Shown here: piece by piece, positions 9,002-18,649 of the stretch
Layout: every line of letters begins with the position of its first letter
How positions within the stretch are numbered: the stretch's first letter is position 1
Assembly: GCA_041661765.1 (NCBI GenBank)
Contig: JBAZTV010000003.1
Location: forward strand, 143,914 to 207,913
Length of the DNA stretch: 64,000 bases
Source: Candidatus Shapirobacteria bacterium
GTDB lineage: Bacteria > Patescibacteriota > Microgenomatia > UBA12405
Reading direction: 5' to 3'
The notes under the pieces: generated by a model
What the model saw: the letters and a program-made list of their open reading frames with translations, nothing else
Told to the model about the DNA's origin: nothing
Databases searched by the model: none
Made by a program: the position numbers and the translations under genes

Positions 9002-10097
9002 ATTTTTCTTTAAAAAATCTTACATCTTGTTCCATTGTTTTATCCCAATCTTGTTTAAAATTATGATCATTTTTCTCTTTAATATCCAAAATCACATTCT
9101 TTCCTAATTCTTTTAATTTAATTTGCAGTTCCTGTTGCCATTCAACTTTACACCACACATCCGCTGTTCCCTGATGAATCAAAATCGGCGCTCCAACCCA
9201 ATTATAAAAATTATCAATTGAATAAAGTTTACTGTCATATTCTTTTTCAAATTCATCAATCCTATTTTTTACAATTTTCCCCGATTCACTATTTTCATCC
9301 ATTGTATCCAAAACACTGTTCGGAAATGGATTGGTCATCGGCGCCCACAACACCGTCGGATAATTTTGTCCAGTAATTTCCAAAATTGAAATTGCAATCT
9401 GCCCACCATTACTATGTGCCCAAATTCCAATTTTAGTCGGATCCACAAAATCTAATTTTTTAACTGACTCAATTAAATCCAAAACACTCACCGGTTTTTC
9501 AAATCTTGCTTCTAAAATATCCTTCGACTCTCCATCAGATAAACCAAATCCCAAAAAATCCAAACTGACTGTTACAAAACCATTTCTGGCCAATTCATCC
9601 GCCGCCCGCCAACTTCCCGAACCAATATAATATCCATCACTATCAGCAAAACCTCTAATCATAATAATCACTGACGGTTTTTTACACGGTTTGTCCAACT
9701 GGCAGACCTGCCTGCCGGCAGGCAGGTTCATCATTCCACTTATTTTTTTTCCATTACTTTCAAAACTAATTGCCCTGCTTTCAAAATCAAAAATTTTTCC
9801 TTTCAAGTCACCTCTCTTTACTAATTCTTTTCTTGCTTCAACTACTGTCAAAACCTGACCTATTGTTTTAATCTCTGATGCTTTATTTATCCTTGTTTTT
9901 AAATTTTCAAAATTATATTGTGCCAAATAACCAGTGTTTTTTGGTTTTTCTTCTTGTAGAGACGCCCCACGGGGCGTCTCTACAGCTTCCGTTTTTAATT
10001 TCTGTTTTGTAAAATCTACCAAAAACCATCCATCCGCCCAACCCCAAAAAACTAAAACTATTACCACCCAAAAAATAATAATTAAACTTTTTTTCAT
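8985..10097 (-). CDS. Membrane-anchored alpha/beta-hydrolase-fold serine hydrolase
   Basis: N-terminal TM IIIFWVVIVLVFWGW. Nucleophile elbow GIWAHSNGGQIA (G-x-S-x-G). Contains two in-frame palindromic elements (9705-9729 and 9956-9983). Confidence 0.6.
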   Translation of the reverse strand: MKKSLIIIFWVVIVLVFWGWADGWFLVDFTKQKLKTEAVETPRGASLQEEKPKNTGYLAQYNFENLKTRINKASEIKTIGQVLTVVEARKELVKRGDLKGKIFDFESRAISFESNGKKISGMMNLPAGRQVCQLDKPCKKPSVIIMIRGFADSDGYYIGSGSWRAADELARNGFVTVSLDFLGFGLSDGESKDILEARFEKPVSVLDLIESVKKLDFVDPTKIGIWAHSNGGQIAISILEITGQNYPTVLWAPMTNPFPNSVLDTMDENSESGKIVKNRIDEFEKEYDSKLYSIDNFYNWVGAPILIHQGTADVWCKVEWQQELQIKLKELGKNVILDIKEKNDHNFKQDWDKTMEQDVRFFKEKFDILG

Positions 10098-10309
10098 CTT
10101 ATTATTCTTATATTATAACCAACCAATATTTAAAATTGACAAACTCAAAAATCTGACTAAAATACCTCTTATCTAAATGTAACGAAACATTCGCGTTCCG
10201 TTTATGTACTTTTAAAACCAAAATCAGTAGAGCAAATGCTCAGCTTGGACATAAAAATTGTGTCTAAACCGAGCATTTGCTCAAATAAATATAAGAGGGG
10301 TTTTGACAA

Positions 10310-10645
10310 ATGACAAAAAAAACACTTTCTTTTTCAGAAAAAGTAGTAAAAGGATGGAGTCTGATTACCATCGCCACCAAACTCAATAGTAGTTGTCCCA
10401 ACCAATCAGAAGAAAGACGTAATCTCCTAAATGAAATCAAAAGGAGACCTGTGTCCGACATCATGGAGTGGACAAAAGCTTTTATCATAGGCCTCAAAGA
10501 AGGAAAAAATCCAGAGCTCAAAGATCATCAAGCCATCATTCTGCAGCGTTTAGCTGAAACAAAATTAAACGAAAATGATCTTCGCCACATCAATCACCGA
10601 CTCGGCCATATAACCTACTTCCACCCCTTAATATTTACTGACTGA
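10310..10645 (+). CDS. Hypothetical protein in a higher-GC islet
   Basis: 111-aa ORF. Local GC is visibly higher than the flanks. The overlapping opposite-strand ORF 10264-10521 is judged less likely. Confidence 0.35.
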   Translation: MTKKTLSFSEKVVKGWSLITIATKLNSSCPNQSEERRNLLNEIKRRPVSDIMEWTKAFIIGLKEGKNPELKDHQAIILQRLAETKLNENDLRHINHRLGHITYFHPLIFTD

Positions 10646-10808
10646 TTTTGATTCCCCACGCCCGAAACGTTTTTGAATTTTTATATTCAACAACACTTCG
10701 GGCTTTAATTTGCCCAAAAACTATCCTATAACTTGTTATTAGGCCTATAATTTGTTACAATTCCTCGTTCTTTAAAAAACCAAAAATTAATGAAAGAAAG
10801 AAGGTCTT

Positions 10809-11780
10809 TTGGTAATGAAAAAGTATTTATTTGTTTCCGACATTCACGGCAGAAACACCAAATTGGAAGCTGAATTGTCTCAAATTGCCAAAGAAAATCC
10901 ACCAGAAATTGTCTTTTTCCTCGGTGACACTGTTGGTACAGAATTATTAGATCAATTGCAAAAATTGTTTTACAACAGTATTTACAACCATATCAAAAAA
11001 CTTATGACCACAAACAATCGCCCTACAAAAAAAGAGGTTCTCTCTTTTCCAACAGAAAATGGAAAAACTTTGGCCGACGGCATCACTGAACTGCAAGTCT
11101 TTCTAAAAAATATTTGCCCTTCAATAACTACCCCTACTAATACAGTCAATTACATCTTTGAAATAAGTCGGTATCTTCATTTTGGACACTTTGTTTCCAA
11201 CCTTCCTAAAAAAATCCGCAATATACTAAGACAGGATCTCGAAAAAAATGCCGAAATTTGGGCTGATATTATGACTCAATTCACAAATCAAGGTAGTCTG
11301 GTTGTTATTGTGGAAGGGAATTGGGACGCTCGGACTCCACTGGATTTTTGTCGAAGCAAAAACCGTTGTGCTCCAATACCTGTCGAAAAAAGAATTTTTT
11401 ATTTTAAAGATTTTTTAAAATCTTTAAATGACAAAATCCTCTATTTTGACGAACCAAGCACAATTGAAACTCAGAATGAGATGTTCGTTATTTTACCTTT
11501 TGATAGTTGTATTAATCTTAACCTTCCTGAAAAAATCGAAACCAATAAAAAAATAATTCTAGTTTCCCATGCTCAAATTGATTGGCACGCCATTAAAGGT
11601 GACACACCGATGACCAGCGAGGGACAAAAAATTCAGAAAAATATGAAAAAAATTATTGAAGATTTACACCCAAATTATGCCATTCACGGCCACCTTCACG
11701 ACCAAGGTCTAGATTACTTTTTCAACAACACCGATGTTAAATATCTCCCCATTGGCTCCTGTCGTTTCATTGATTTTTGA
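10809..11780 (+). CDS. Calcineurin-like metallophosphoesterase
   Basis: LFVSDIHGR, FFLGDTVG and a C-terminal HGHLH are the canonical MPP metal-binding motifs (D-x-H, GD, GNH.., GH.H). Confidence 0.7.
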   Translation: MVMKKYLFVSDIHGRNTKLEAELSQIAKENPPEIVFFLGDTVGTELLDQLQKLFYNSIYNHIKKLMTTNNRPTKKEVLSFPTENGKTLADGITELQVFLKNICPSITTPTNTVNYIFEISRYLHFGHFVSNLPKKIRNILRQDLEKNAEIWADIMTQFTNQGSLVVIVEGNWDARTPLDFCRSKNRCAPIPVEKRIFYFKDFLKSLNDKILYFDEPSTIETQNEMFVILPFDSCINLNLPEKIETNKKIILVSHAQIDWHAIKGDTPMTSEGQKIQKNMKKIIEDLHPNYAIHGHLHDQGLDYFFNNTDVKYLPIGSCRFIDF

Positions 11781-11794
11781 TCAAATGGCTCCGG

Positions 11795-11850
11795 GTTGCA
11801 TTTATGCAACAAATTCTTAAATGAATAACCGGGGTCTTTTTTTTTGTGAT
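11795..11850 (+). terminator. Rho-independent terminator
   Basis: ccgggttgcatttatgcaac...accggggtcttttttttt. Confidence 0.55.
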
Positions 11851-11900
11851 AAAATCCTTTGTTCTTTAAAAAAAATAAATTTAGAAAGGATTGAAAAAAA

Positions 11901-12470
11901 ATGAGTATCAATGAATCTAGTCTAATTTTCAATAATTTAATTATCACATGTGAATATTCTCCCGAAGTAATCAATGAATTATTGAAAAAAGAAATCAGTA
12001 TTGCTGAATTAATAATCATTTTTGTATATGGAAATTCAGAACAAAAAGAAATTGCAGATACTAAACTAAAGCAGGAAAAAGGGACATTAAAAGAATGGGC
12101 TGATGCATACAAAATTTATAAACAGACCAAGATCACAAAGTTGATTACCCAAAAAATTATTGAACTTATTTCAGACAAAAATGAACTTCATCAATTAATA
12201 ACAATACATCTAGAGTTTAATAGCACAAAGATTATTAAAGAAATAGTTTTACCCAAAATCAAAAAAGGACCTTTTCCATTAACAGATTTATTAGATGTTT
12301 ATTTTCATGACACCAAATCAGTATCAACGATTAAAAAACATCTAAAAAAACAAATTACCGAACAAATCAATGCCATCAATGACATAGTAGTTCTAAGAAA
12401 TCTACAAAATACAAATGATATTTCTTTTGTTAAAATATTGATTTCCAATAGATTAGAAAAACTATCCTAA
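11901..12470 (+). CDS. Hypothetical protein
   Basis: 189-aa ORF, Lys/Glu/Ile-rich. No recognisable motifs. Confidence 0.4.
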   Translation: MSINESSLIFNNLIITCEYSPEVINELLKKEISIAELIIIFVYGNSEQKEIADTKLKQEKGTLKEWADAYKIYKQTKITKLITQKIIELISDKNELHQLITIHLEFNSTKIIKEIVLPKIKKGPFPLTDLLDVYFHDTKSVSTIKKHLKKQITEQINAINDIVVLRNLQNTNDISFVKILISNRLEKLS

Positions 12471-12489
12471 ATTTATTTACCCAAGGCTT

Positions 12490-12655
12490 CGAAAGTTTTT
12501 GATAATTATTATCAATTATATTCGGAGCCATTTTTTATGATATAATACCCCATTAACCGAAGACAGTAGGCACACAAATAAGTCCCACCGAGGCAAAACA
12601 ATTTATTTGTTTTAATTGCGCCTCGATCTTCGAGGCTTTTTTTATTAAAAAATAC
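12490..12655 (+). promoter_or_regulatory. Probable L10 (rplJ) leader / autoregulatory 5'-UTR with a terminator-like hairpin
   Basis: Long untranslated region immediately upstream of rplJ. It has paired segments ggcttcgaaag ... gcctcgatcttcgaggcttttttt. rplJ-rplL operons are classically regulated by an L10(L12)4-binding leader. Confidence 0.4.
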
Positions 12656-12662
12656 AAAACAC

Positions 12663-13175
12663 ATGCCAACTACACAAAAAATCAACCAAGTTGAAGAAGT
12701 CGCTAAAAAAATTAGCGAATCTAAATCTACTGCTTTAATTCAGTACCAAGGATTAAACGCCGCTGATACTACTGATCTCAGAGCTAATATTAAAAATGTT
12801 GGCGGTTCAATTGAAGTCGTAAAAAACTCTCTTATTGTTAGAGCTCTTGAAAAATTAGGCATCAAATTACCAGAGGAATTAACTGGTCCAACCGCAATAG
12901 CCTACTGCAACGAAGATGAAATTGCTCCTCTAAAAGAAATTGACAAAGTCAACAGTGCAAAAGACAAAACTAGTTTCAAGTATGGCATCTACAATAAAAA
13001 ACTTTTATCTCTCGATGAATTAAAAACTTTTTTAAGTTTACCTTCAAAAAGCACTCTTATTTCTCAGTTCGTTGGTGGCCTTGCTAATCCCCTTCAAAGA
13101 TTGGCCTATGCTCTTCGTTTCAACCAAACTCAATTGGTTTTAACCCTTAAAGCCCTATCCGAAAAGCAAAAATAA
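12663..13175 (+). CDS. rplJ: 50S ribosomal protein L10
   Basis: KINQVEEVAKKISESKSTALIQYQGLNAADTTDLRANIKNVGGSIEVVKNSL is the L10 pattern. Followed by rplL. Confidence 0.9.
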   Translation: MPTTQKINQVEEVAKKISESKSTALIQYQGLNAADTTDLRANIKNVGGSIEVVKNSLIVRALEKLGIKLPEELTGPTAIAYCNEDEIAPLKEIDKVNSAKDKTSFKYGIYNKKLLSLDELKTFLSLPSKSTLISQFVGGLANPLQRLAYALRFNQTQLVLTLKALSEKQK

Positions 13176-13216
13176 ATTAACAAATTATTAATTATTAATT
13201 ATTAATTAAAAAAATT

Positions 13217-13612
13217 ATGTCAGAAGAAAAAAAAGTAAGCGCAAAAATTGAAAAAATAATCGATTCTGTTGCTGAATTAACCGTTCTTGAGCTTTCAGAA
13301 TTAGTTAAAGCTCTTGAAGAAAAATTTGATGTCAAAGCTGTTGCTGCTGCTCCTGCCGCTGCTGCTGGCGCTCCTGCCGCTGCTGCTGTAGTTGAAGAAA
13401 AAACTGAATTTGATGTCATTATCACTTCTGCTGGCGCAAATAAAATTGCCGTCATCAAAGCTGTTAGAGAATTCAAACCAGAACTCGGTCTTAAAGAAGC
13501 TAAGGATATGGTCGATGCTTGTCCTGCTGATCTTGGTACCATGAAAAAAGATGCTGCCAATGAAGCTAAAACTAAACTTGAAGCCGCTGGTGCACAAGTC
13601 GAATTAAAATAA
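13217..13612 (+). CDS. rplL: 50S ribosomal protein L7/L12
   Basis: Ala/Pro-rich hinge [15 protein letters not shown], then [36 protein letters not shown]...[11 protein letters not shown]. Confidence 0.95.
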   Translation: MSEEKKVSAKIEKIIDSVAELTVLELSELVKALEEKFDVKAVAAAPAAAAGAPAAAAVVEEKTEFDVIITSAGANKIAVIKAVREFKPELGLKEAKDMVDACPADLGTMKKDAANEAKTKLEAAGAQVELK

Positions 13613-13624
13613 TTTTTTTATTTT

Positions 13625-13662
13625 AAACATTAAAATCCCTCTATTTTAGGGGGATTTTTTTT
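13625..13662 (+). terminator. Terminator-like hairpin after rplL
   Basis: aaatccctctattttagggggattttttttacc. Confidence 0.5.
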
Positions 13663-14127
13663 ACCATAATTCACCGGATTATCCTTAATATATTTTTTAT
13701 AAATCAAATATTCTTTTTCGTTTCGAATCCCTCTATCAAAAAATGATTTTTGCCATTCAAAACAAAATATTTTATTAATATTTTTTGAAATTGCTGATTT
13801 AAATGATCCAACAATAATTGGAATTATTTGATTTTGCCTTCTGTTTACTTGGGGACAGGCATGCCTGTCCCCTACAATAAATACAATTGCATGAATATGA
13901 TCTGGCATTATTACATAATCATCTAAAATAACATTTGGATAATGTTTTGGTATTTCATTCCATAATTCATTTGCCAAAATTCCAAAATCAGTCAAATAAA
14001 TTTGACCATTCTCAATGGTTCCAAAAAAATTTCTTCTATTTTTCATACAAATCGTTAAAAAATAAAAACCACCACTATCGTAATTAAAATTTAAACATCT
14101 ATTATTTTTTCTTTGACACGATCGCAT
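13630..14127 (-). mobile_element. IS200/IS605-family Y1 (HUH) tyrosine transposase, REP-associated type (RAYT-like), 165 aa. A palindromic repeat (13851-13872) is embedded in-frame.
   Basis: YFLTICMKNRRNFFG is the N-terminal beta-strand region. MPDHIHAIV is the HUH motif. The C-terminal catalytic-Tyr region is EKEYLIYKKYIKDNPV (YI..NP). Flanked upstream by two further copies of the same palindrome. Confidence 0.8.
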
Positions 14128-14150
14128 ATTTTAATATTTGTATTTTTTTG

Positions 14151-14316
14151 TTGTAGGGTACAGGCATGCCTGTACCCTGTTATTCACAATTATTATTAAT
14201 ATAATATGTAATATTAAATACATGATAATTAAATTGCAATAAAACATATAAAAAATCCCTCAATATTTTATACAAATGTGTGTAAAACAAAGTACAGGCA
14301 TGCCTGTCCCCTACAA
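14151..14316. repeat. Two inverted or nested copies of the 32-nt perfect palindrome TTGTAGGGGACAGGCATGCCTGTCCCCTACAA (family 2), separated by an AT-rich spacer, upstream of the RAYT gene
   Basis: ttgtagggtacaggcatgcctgtaccctgtt at 14151-14181. agtacaggcatgcctgtcccctacaac at 14290-14316. Further copies lie inside the RAYT ORF (13846-13877) and at 23721-23750. Confidence 0.8.
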
Positions 14317-14333
14317 CAAAAACAAAATTTTTT

Positions 14334-14813
14334 TTATTTTTTCTCCAAAAAATCACCCCAACCAATCTTTGTATAAGTTTCCTTACATTTCTCTTCCAAA
14401 ACTCCACAAACCACTTCTGGTTCATCACTAAAAAATGGCTTAATTTGAGAAAGACCTTTGTCTTGCAAAATATTCCACATGGTGTAACCACCCATATTAG
14501 GTGATCTAACCCCAAAAACAACTTTCTTGAAATGCAACTCTCTCATCATAAAAGAACACATTGGACAAGGCTCACAGTTTGAATAGATTTCACAATCACT
14601 CAAGTCTTTACTCTTAAGTTTTTTTTGGGCTTTTCTCATTGCCACTATTTCAGCATGGCAAGTTATATCTTTATTTTTTTCATTAGCATTAGTCGCTTTA
14701 ACAATTATCTTTCCGTTTTTAACAATCAAACTTCCAAAGGGAGATTCACCTTTTTTAATAGACAATTCAGCTAAAGATATACATTTTTTAATATAAAAAT
14801 CGTTATTTTTCAT
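14334..14813 (-). CDS. CMP/dCMP-type zinc-dependent nucleoside/nucleotide deaminase family protein
   Basis: CHAEIVAMRKA (H-A-E zinc ligand and catalytic Glu) and CEPCPMC (PC..C) are diagnostic of the cytidine/deoxycytidylate deaminase fold. Confidence 0.75.
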   Translation of the reverse strand: MKNNDFYIKKCISLAELSIKKGESPFGSLIVKNGKIIVKATNANEKNKDITCHAEIVAMRKAQKKLKSKDLSDCEIYSNCEPCPMCSFMMRELHFKKVVFGVRSPNMGGYTMWNILQDKGLSQIKPFFSDEPEVVCGVLEEKCKETYTKIGWGDFLEKK

Positions 14814-14881
14814 TTACTATATTTTACTCCCAATACCATTAAAAAACCCTCCGAAAGGAGGGCTTTTTCGTCCTTAACTTT

Positions 14882-14956
14882 TTACTTGCAACCGCATCCA
14901 CAACTACTTTTCTTAACAACTTTTTTAACTGGTTTTTTTACAACTTTCTTTGGCAT
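14882..14956 (-). CDS. Possible small ORF encoding a 24-aa Lys-rich peptide MPKKVVKKPVKKVVKKSSCGCGCK, followed by a strong terminator
   Basis: ATG at 14954-14956 on the minus strand, stop at 14882-14884. The hairpin gccctcctttcggagggc plus T-run lies just downstream (14846-14870). No RBS assessment is possible, so this is speculative. Confidence 0.2.
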   Translation of the reverse strand: MPKKVVKKPVKKVVKKSSCGCGCK

Positions 14957-15035
14957 AGTTTTTTTGAATTATTAATCTAATTTAATCAAACCACCAAAAC
15001 TACTTTTAGTCAATAGTGTTATTTTTAACAATTAA

Positions 15036-16019
15036 TTATTGTTTAACCACCTGTTCAATATAATTTCTCAAAGCTGGAACCAAATTATCTTTTTTTAAAC
15101 TTACCAAATCTTTTTCAGATATCAAAACAGTATCTCTTAAAAACACTTCACCATCCATAACCTTAGATAAAATACTATCCATTGGCAATTTAATATTTAC
15201 TACTTCTCGAACTTCAAGTGTATTATTTTTTTCATCCATATAGGCAATTCCTTTAACCTTATCTATTTCCACACCATCAATTGTCATTGTAATTTCATCT
15301 AATTGTTGTTCGTTATCTTCAAATTCACCCATTTTTAAAAGTTCAATATCATTTTCACCCCTAACATTATTTACTAAATAATCCGCATCTTCTTTAGATT
15401 TTTCATCACCATTCTTTTCATGTTTATCCATCAAAGCTTTATAGACTTCTCCCACTTGTCTTAATTTTTGTTGAACTACCTCTTCTTGATCATCATCATT
15501 TCTATAAAAAGCTAATAACTTGGTCTGTTCTCCATTGTTTTGTTGTATAAAAATAAATTCTTGATTAGTTTCATCAATCGAAGTTTTAGATAATTTTTCA
15601 CCACACCTTCCAGCTGGACCAGTCAAACAACCAGCATCCACTGGAGCTCCCCCATCTCTTCTCATCAAAGCCAAACTTCTATTACCACTCCCATTTTCTA
15701 TCCAAACCCAAGTACCACCAGAAACTAATTTTTTTTCACTATTAATATTTCGAAGATCAGCCACAATTACTGAATTTTCTAATCTCAAATTTTGTCTCCA
15801 CTTGTCATCCAAAATTACAGTTGAATCTTTTGAATTTATATTAATTTGCCATTTATTTCCATTCTTTTCTATTCCATCAGCTTGAATAAATACTTTATCT
15901 GCTCCAATTTCACCATCCCTAATGGGATTTTTAAGTAAAGCCGCCGAATTTTCCATTCGGCTTTTTTGTTCAACACTTTTTAAAATTTCTGGATTAAAAT
16001 TTGATTCTGTTTCTGACAT
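15036..16019 (-). CDS. Hypothetical protein (327 aa), acidic C-terminal half
   Basis: Long ORF. No motif recognised with confidence. Confidence 0.45.
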   Translation of the reverse strand: MSETESNFNPEILKSVEQKSRMENSAALLKNPIRDGEIGADKVFIQADGIEKNGNKWQININSKDSTVILDDKWRQNLRLENSVIVADLRNINSEKKLVSGGTWVWIENGSGNRSLALMRRDGGAPVDAGCLTGPAGRCGEKLSKTSIDETNQEFIFIQQNNGEQTKLLAFYRNDDDQEEVVQQKLRQVGEVYKALMDKHEKNGDEKSKEDADYLVNNVRGENDIELLKMGEFEDNEQQLDEITMTIDGVEIDKVKGIAYMDEKNNTLEVREVVNIKLPMDSILSKVMDGEVFLRDTVLISEKDLVSLKKDNLVPALRNYIEQVVKQ

Positions 16020-16038
16020 TTTTTATTTAAATTTATAA

Positions 16039-16461
16039 TTAAATATGCCAACCTCGGCCTCTCTTTCTTCTTAGTGTTGGAGTTTCATCCAACCTATTGT
16101 AATCATCCTGATATCTAACTGTAGTTCCAATCTCAGCAGTCGATCCTTCAATAATAATTGCATCATTTTCACCAGCTGTAATCCGATGAATAGTTTTAAT
16201 AGTAATTGTATAACCCCGAAAAGTTTCCATTTTAATAGTTCTCAAACTTTTTAACGACCTTCCAGTAGTCAAAAAAGCATCCCCCGAAACTAAAACGAAT
16301 GTTTCTCTTTTTTTATCATGGGATTGCAATGATATTCGACAACCTTTTTTAATCGTCAACATTTTAAATGTATATTTTAAATTTCTTGGAATAAAAATAG
16401 TTTCCTGTCCCCAAGGTTTTAAAACAACTTTGTCCTTACTAGTATCACTTACTCCTTTCAT
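16039..16461 (-). CDS. Cupin-domain protein (mannose-6-phosphate isomerase type II C-terminal-like)
   Basis: KPWGQE...SLQSHDKKRETFVLVSG is the cupin motif 1 pattern (G(X)5HXH..E..G). Lies next to an NDP-mannose pyrophosphorylase gene. Confidence 0.55.
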   Translation of the reverse strand: MKGVSDTSKDKVVLKPWGQETIFIPRNLKYTFKMLTIKKGCRISLQSHDKKRETFVLVSGDAFLTTGRSLKSLRTIKMETFRGYTITIKTIHRITAGENDAIIIEGSTAEIGTTVRYQDDYNRLDETPTLRRKRGRGWHI

Positions 16462-16495
16462 ATTAGATTATTTTATCATGTTAAAATTACCTAAT

Positions 16496-17566
16496 ATGAA
16501 CTACGCTGTAATTATGGCCGGTGGATCCGGCACTCGTCTTTGGCCGTTAAGTCGTAAAAACAAACCAAAGCAGTTTCAACCATTAATCTCAGAAAAAACT
16601 TTACTCCAGGAAACTTATGATCGTGTCAAAAAATTCCTTCCTGATAAACAAATTTTCATTTCCGCTACTCCTGAATATGAAGAAGAAATTTTAAAACAAT
16701 TACCAAATCTTCCCAAAGAGAATTGTATTCTCGAACCAAGTGCTAGAAATACTACCGCTGCTCATGGTTTTATCGCTTTTAACCTCCTTAATCGCGATCC
16801 AGATGCAATCTTTACTACCCTTCCATCAGATCATGCTATTCAAAATCTTGACGCTTTTATCAGTGCTAACCTAGCCGCTTTTGATGCCGTCAAAAAATAT
16901 CCAGAAAAATTAATTACTCTCGGTATAACCCCAACCGCCCCTGAAACTGGTCTTGGTTATATCAAAATGGGTGAAGATTTTGACACTATCAATGACGAAA
17001 AAATTTATAAAATAGATGCTTTTATTGAAAAACCAGATTTAGAAACCGCTAAAAAATATATCTCTGAATGGGGTTACTTATGGAATAGTGCTAATTATTT
17101 TTTTCGAGCTGATACTCTCATAAATTGGATTAAAAAATATCGACCCGCTAGTTTCAAAATTCTTAATGACATTAACGAATTAATCAAAAAAAATCCCAAC
17201 GATCCAAAAGTTACTAAACTTTACAACACTATCGACAAAGAACAATTAGCCGATGCTATTTGTGAACAAAAAGATTTAGAACCGTTAGTTATTCCTACTA
17301 ACCTTGGTTGGAGTGATATTGGAAACTGGGGTGCTCTTTATGAATTAATCTCCAAGTCGAACAACATTAATTTTATTTCAAAAGGTAATCATGTCGACCA
17401 TCATAGCCAAGACTGTTTAGTCTATGCAAATAAAAAATTAATTGCCACTATGGGACTAAAAAACATTATTATCATTGATTCCCCCGACGCCATTCTTATT
17501 ACCACTCGTCAAGAAGCCCAACACATCAAAGATCTTATTTCCAAAATCGACGAAAAGTATCTATAA
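16496..17566 (+). CDS. manC: Mannose-1-phosphate guanylyltransferase / NDP-sugar pyrophosphorylase. Start taken at the internal ATG 16496.
   Basis: MNYAVIMAGGSGTRLWPLSRKNKPKQF is the nucleotidyltransferase G-rich loop typical of ManC/GMP. ~357 aa. Confidence 0.75.
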   Translation: MNYAVIMAGGSGTRLWPLSRKNKPKQFQPLISEKTLLQETYDRVKKFLPDKQIFISATPEYEEEILKQLPNLPKENCILEPSARNTTAAHGFIAFNLLNRDPDAIFTTLPSDHAIQNLDAFISANLAAFDAVKKYPEKLITLGITPTAPETGLGYIKMGEDFDTINDEKIYKIDAFIEKPDLETAKKYISEWGYLWNSANYFFRADTLINWIKKYRPASFKILNDINELIKKNPNDPKVTKLYNTIDKEQLADAICEQKDLEPLVIPTNLGWSDIGNWGALYELISKSNNINFISKGNHVDHHSQDCLVYANKKLIATMGLKNIIIIDSPDAILITTRQEAQHIKDLISKIDEKYL

Positions 17567-17574
17567 AAAATAAA

Positions 17575-17612
17575 ACCACAAAAAAACCCGCCAACCGGCG
17601 GGTTTTTAAATA
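17575..17612. terminator. Bidirectional rho-independent terminator between convergent genes
   Basis: aaaaaaacccgccaaccggcgggtttttaaa. Confidence 0.7.
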
Positions 17613-17620
17613 TCAACAAA

Positions 17621-18571
17621 TTAATCTTGCATCAAAGGAATTCTGGCTGGATCTAAATTATCCACGATTTCTTTAATTCCCTCTTCTAGAGTAACTGATG
17701 GAACATATCCTAATTCAGTTGAAATCTTTTCAATTCCAGCTAATTGAGTTTTAATATATCCCGATTTTACTGGATTATCAATAAACTGTGGAGCAATATT
17801 TTTACCCATCACTTTATTAATTACTGCAACTAAATCAATCAAATTGATTGCCATTGCTGTCCCAATATTAAAAATATTAAAACCATATCTTTTTTCACTA
17901 TTCATTGCCAATTCAATTCCCTGACAAATATCTTTTACATTTGTAAAATCTCTTTCTTGTTTACCATCACCATACAAAACAGCAGATTTACCTTTGGTCA
18001 TTCCCCAAATAAATTGAGATAAAACATTAGCAAAGACCTTTTTATGACCTTCGTTTAAACCATAAACACTCATAAACCTGAAGGCAATAATTTCTAAATC
18101 ATAAACTTTTGAATATACTCTTGAAATACTTTCTCGAGTATGTTTACTAACTGAATAAAAATTTGGTGGTAAAACAAATTGATCCTCTGTTAAAGGAGTA
18201 GGATTATTTCCATAAATTGAACTAGTTGATGCAAATAAAACTTTTTTAACTTTAATGTCTTTAGCAAAAGTCAACACATCTAAATAACCCATTATATTAT
18301 TATCCATAGCATCCCTTAGATTATCGATAAACATCGGAGCTGAAGATGTAGCCGCTAAGTGAACAATATAATCAAAATCCATTCCAGTACTTTCCAAATC
18401 AGACCTGTTTCTAACATCACCCTTCACAAATTTAACTTCTGGAACTAAATTTTCTTGAACACCTAATGATAAATTATCAAAAGCCGTAACATCATGACCT
18501 TTTTTAGCCATCAAGTTACAAAAATTACTACCAATAAAACCACAACCTCCAGTAACTAAAATTTTTGACAT
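17621..18571 (-). CDS. NAD-dependent sugar epimerase/dehydratase (SDR extended family)
   Basis: MSKILVTGGCGFIGSNF is the Rossmann GxxGxxG. A YxxxK region is present. 316 aa. Confidence 0.8.
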   Translation of the reverse strand: MSKILVTGGCGFIGSNFCNLMAKKGHDVTAFDNLSLGVQENLVPEVKFVKGDVRNRSDLESTGMDFDYIVHLAATSSAPMFIDNLRDAMDNNIMGYLDVLTFAKDIKVKKVLFASTSSIYGNNPTPLTEDQFVLPPNFYSVSKHTRESISRVYSKVYDLEIIAFRFMSVYGLNEGHKKVFANVLSQFIWGMTKGKSAVLYGDGKQERDFTNVKDICQGIELAMNSEKRYGFNIFNIGTAMAINLIDLVAVINKVMGKNIAPQFIDNPVKSGYIKTQLAGIEKISTELGYVPSVTLEEGIKEIVDNLDPARIPLMQD

Positions 18572-18649
18572 AATTTTCCCTTTATTAAACTTTTAAAAAT
18601 AACTATTAACCATTTTAACGCGTATAATATTTATTTCAACCACTCCATT

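Noticed and set aside
10264-10521. 85-aa minus-strand ORF overlapping the 10310-10645 plus-strand ORF
   Set aside because: Mutually exclusive with the longer plus-strand ORF. Neither has motif support. The longer plus-strand ORF with a plausible upstream hairpin/promoter region was retained at low confidence.
14180-14521. 113-aa minus-strand ORF spanning the region between the RAYT gene and the deaminase gene
   Set aside because: It runs across two copies of the family-2 palindrome (encoding VVGDRHAC...) and AT-rich spacer, and overlaps the start of the deaminase gene. Almost certainly an artefact of open frames through the repeats.
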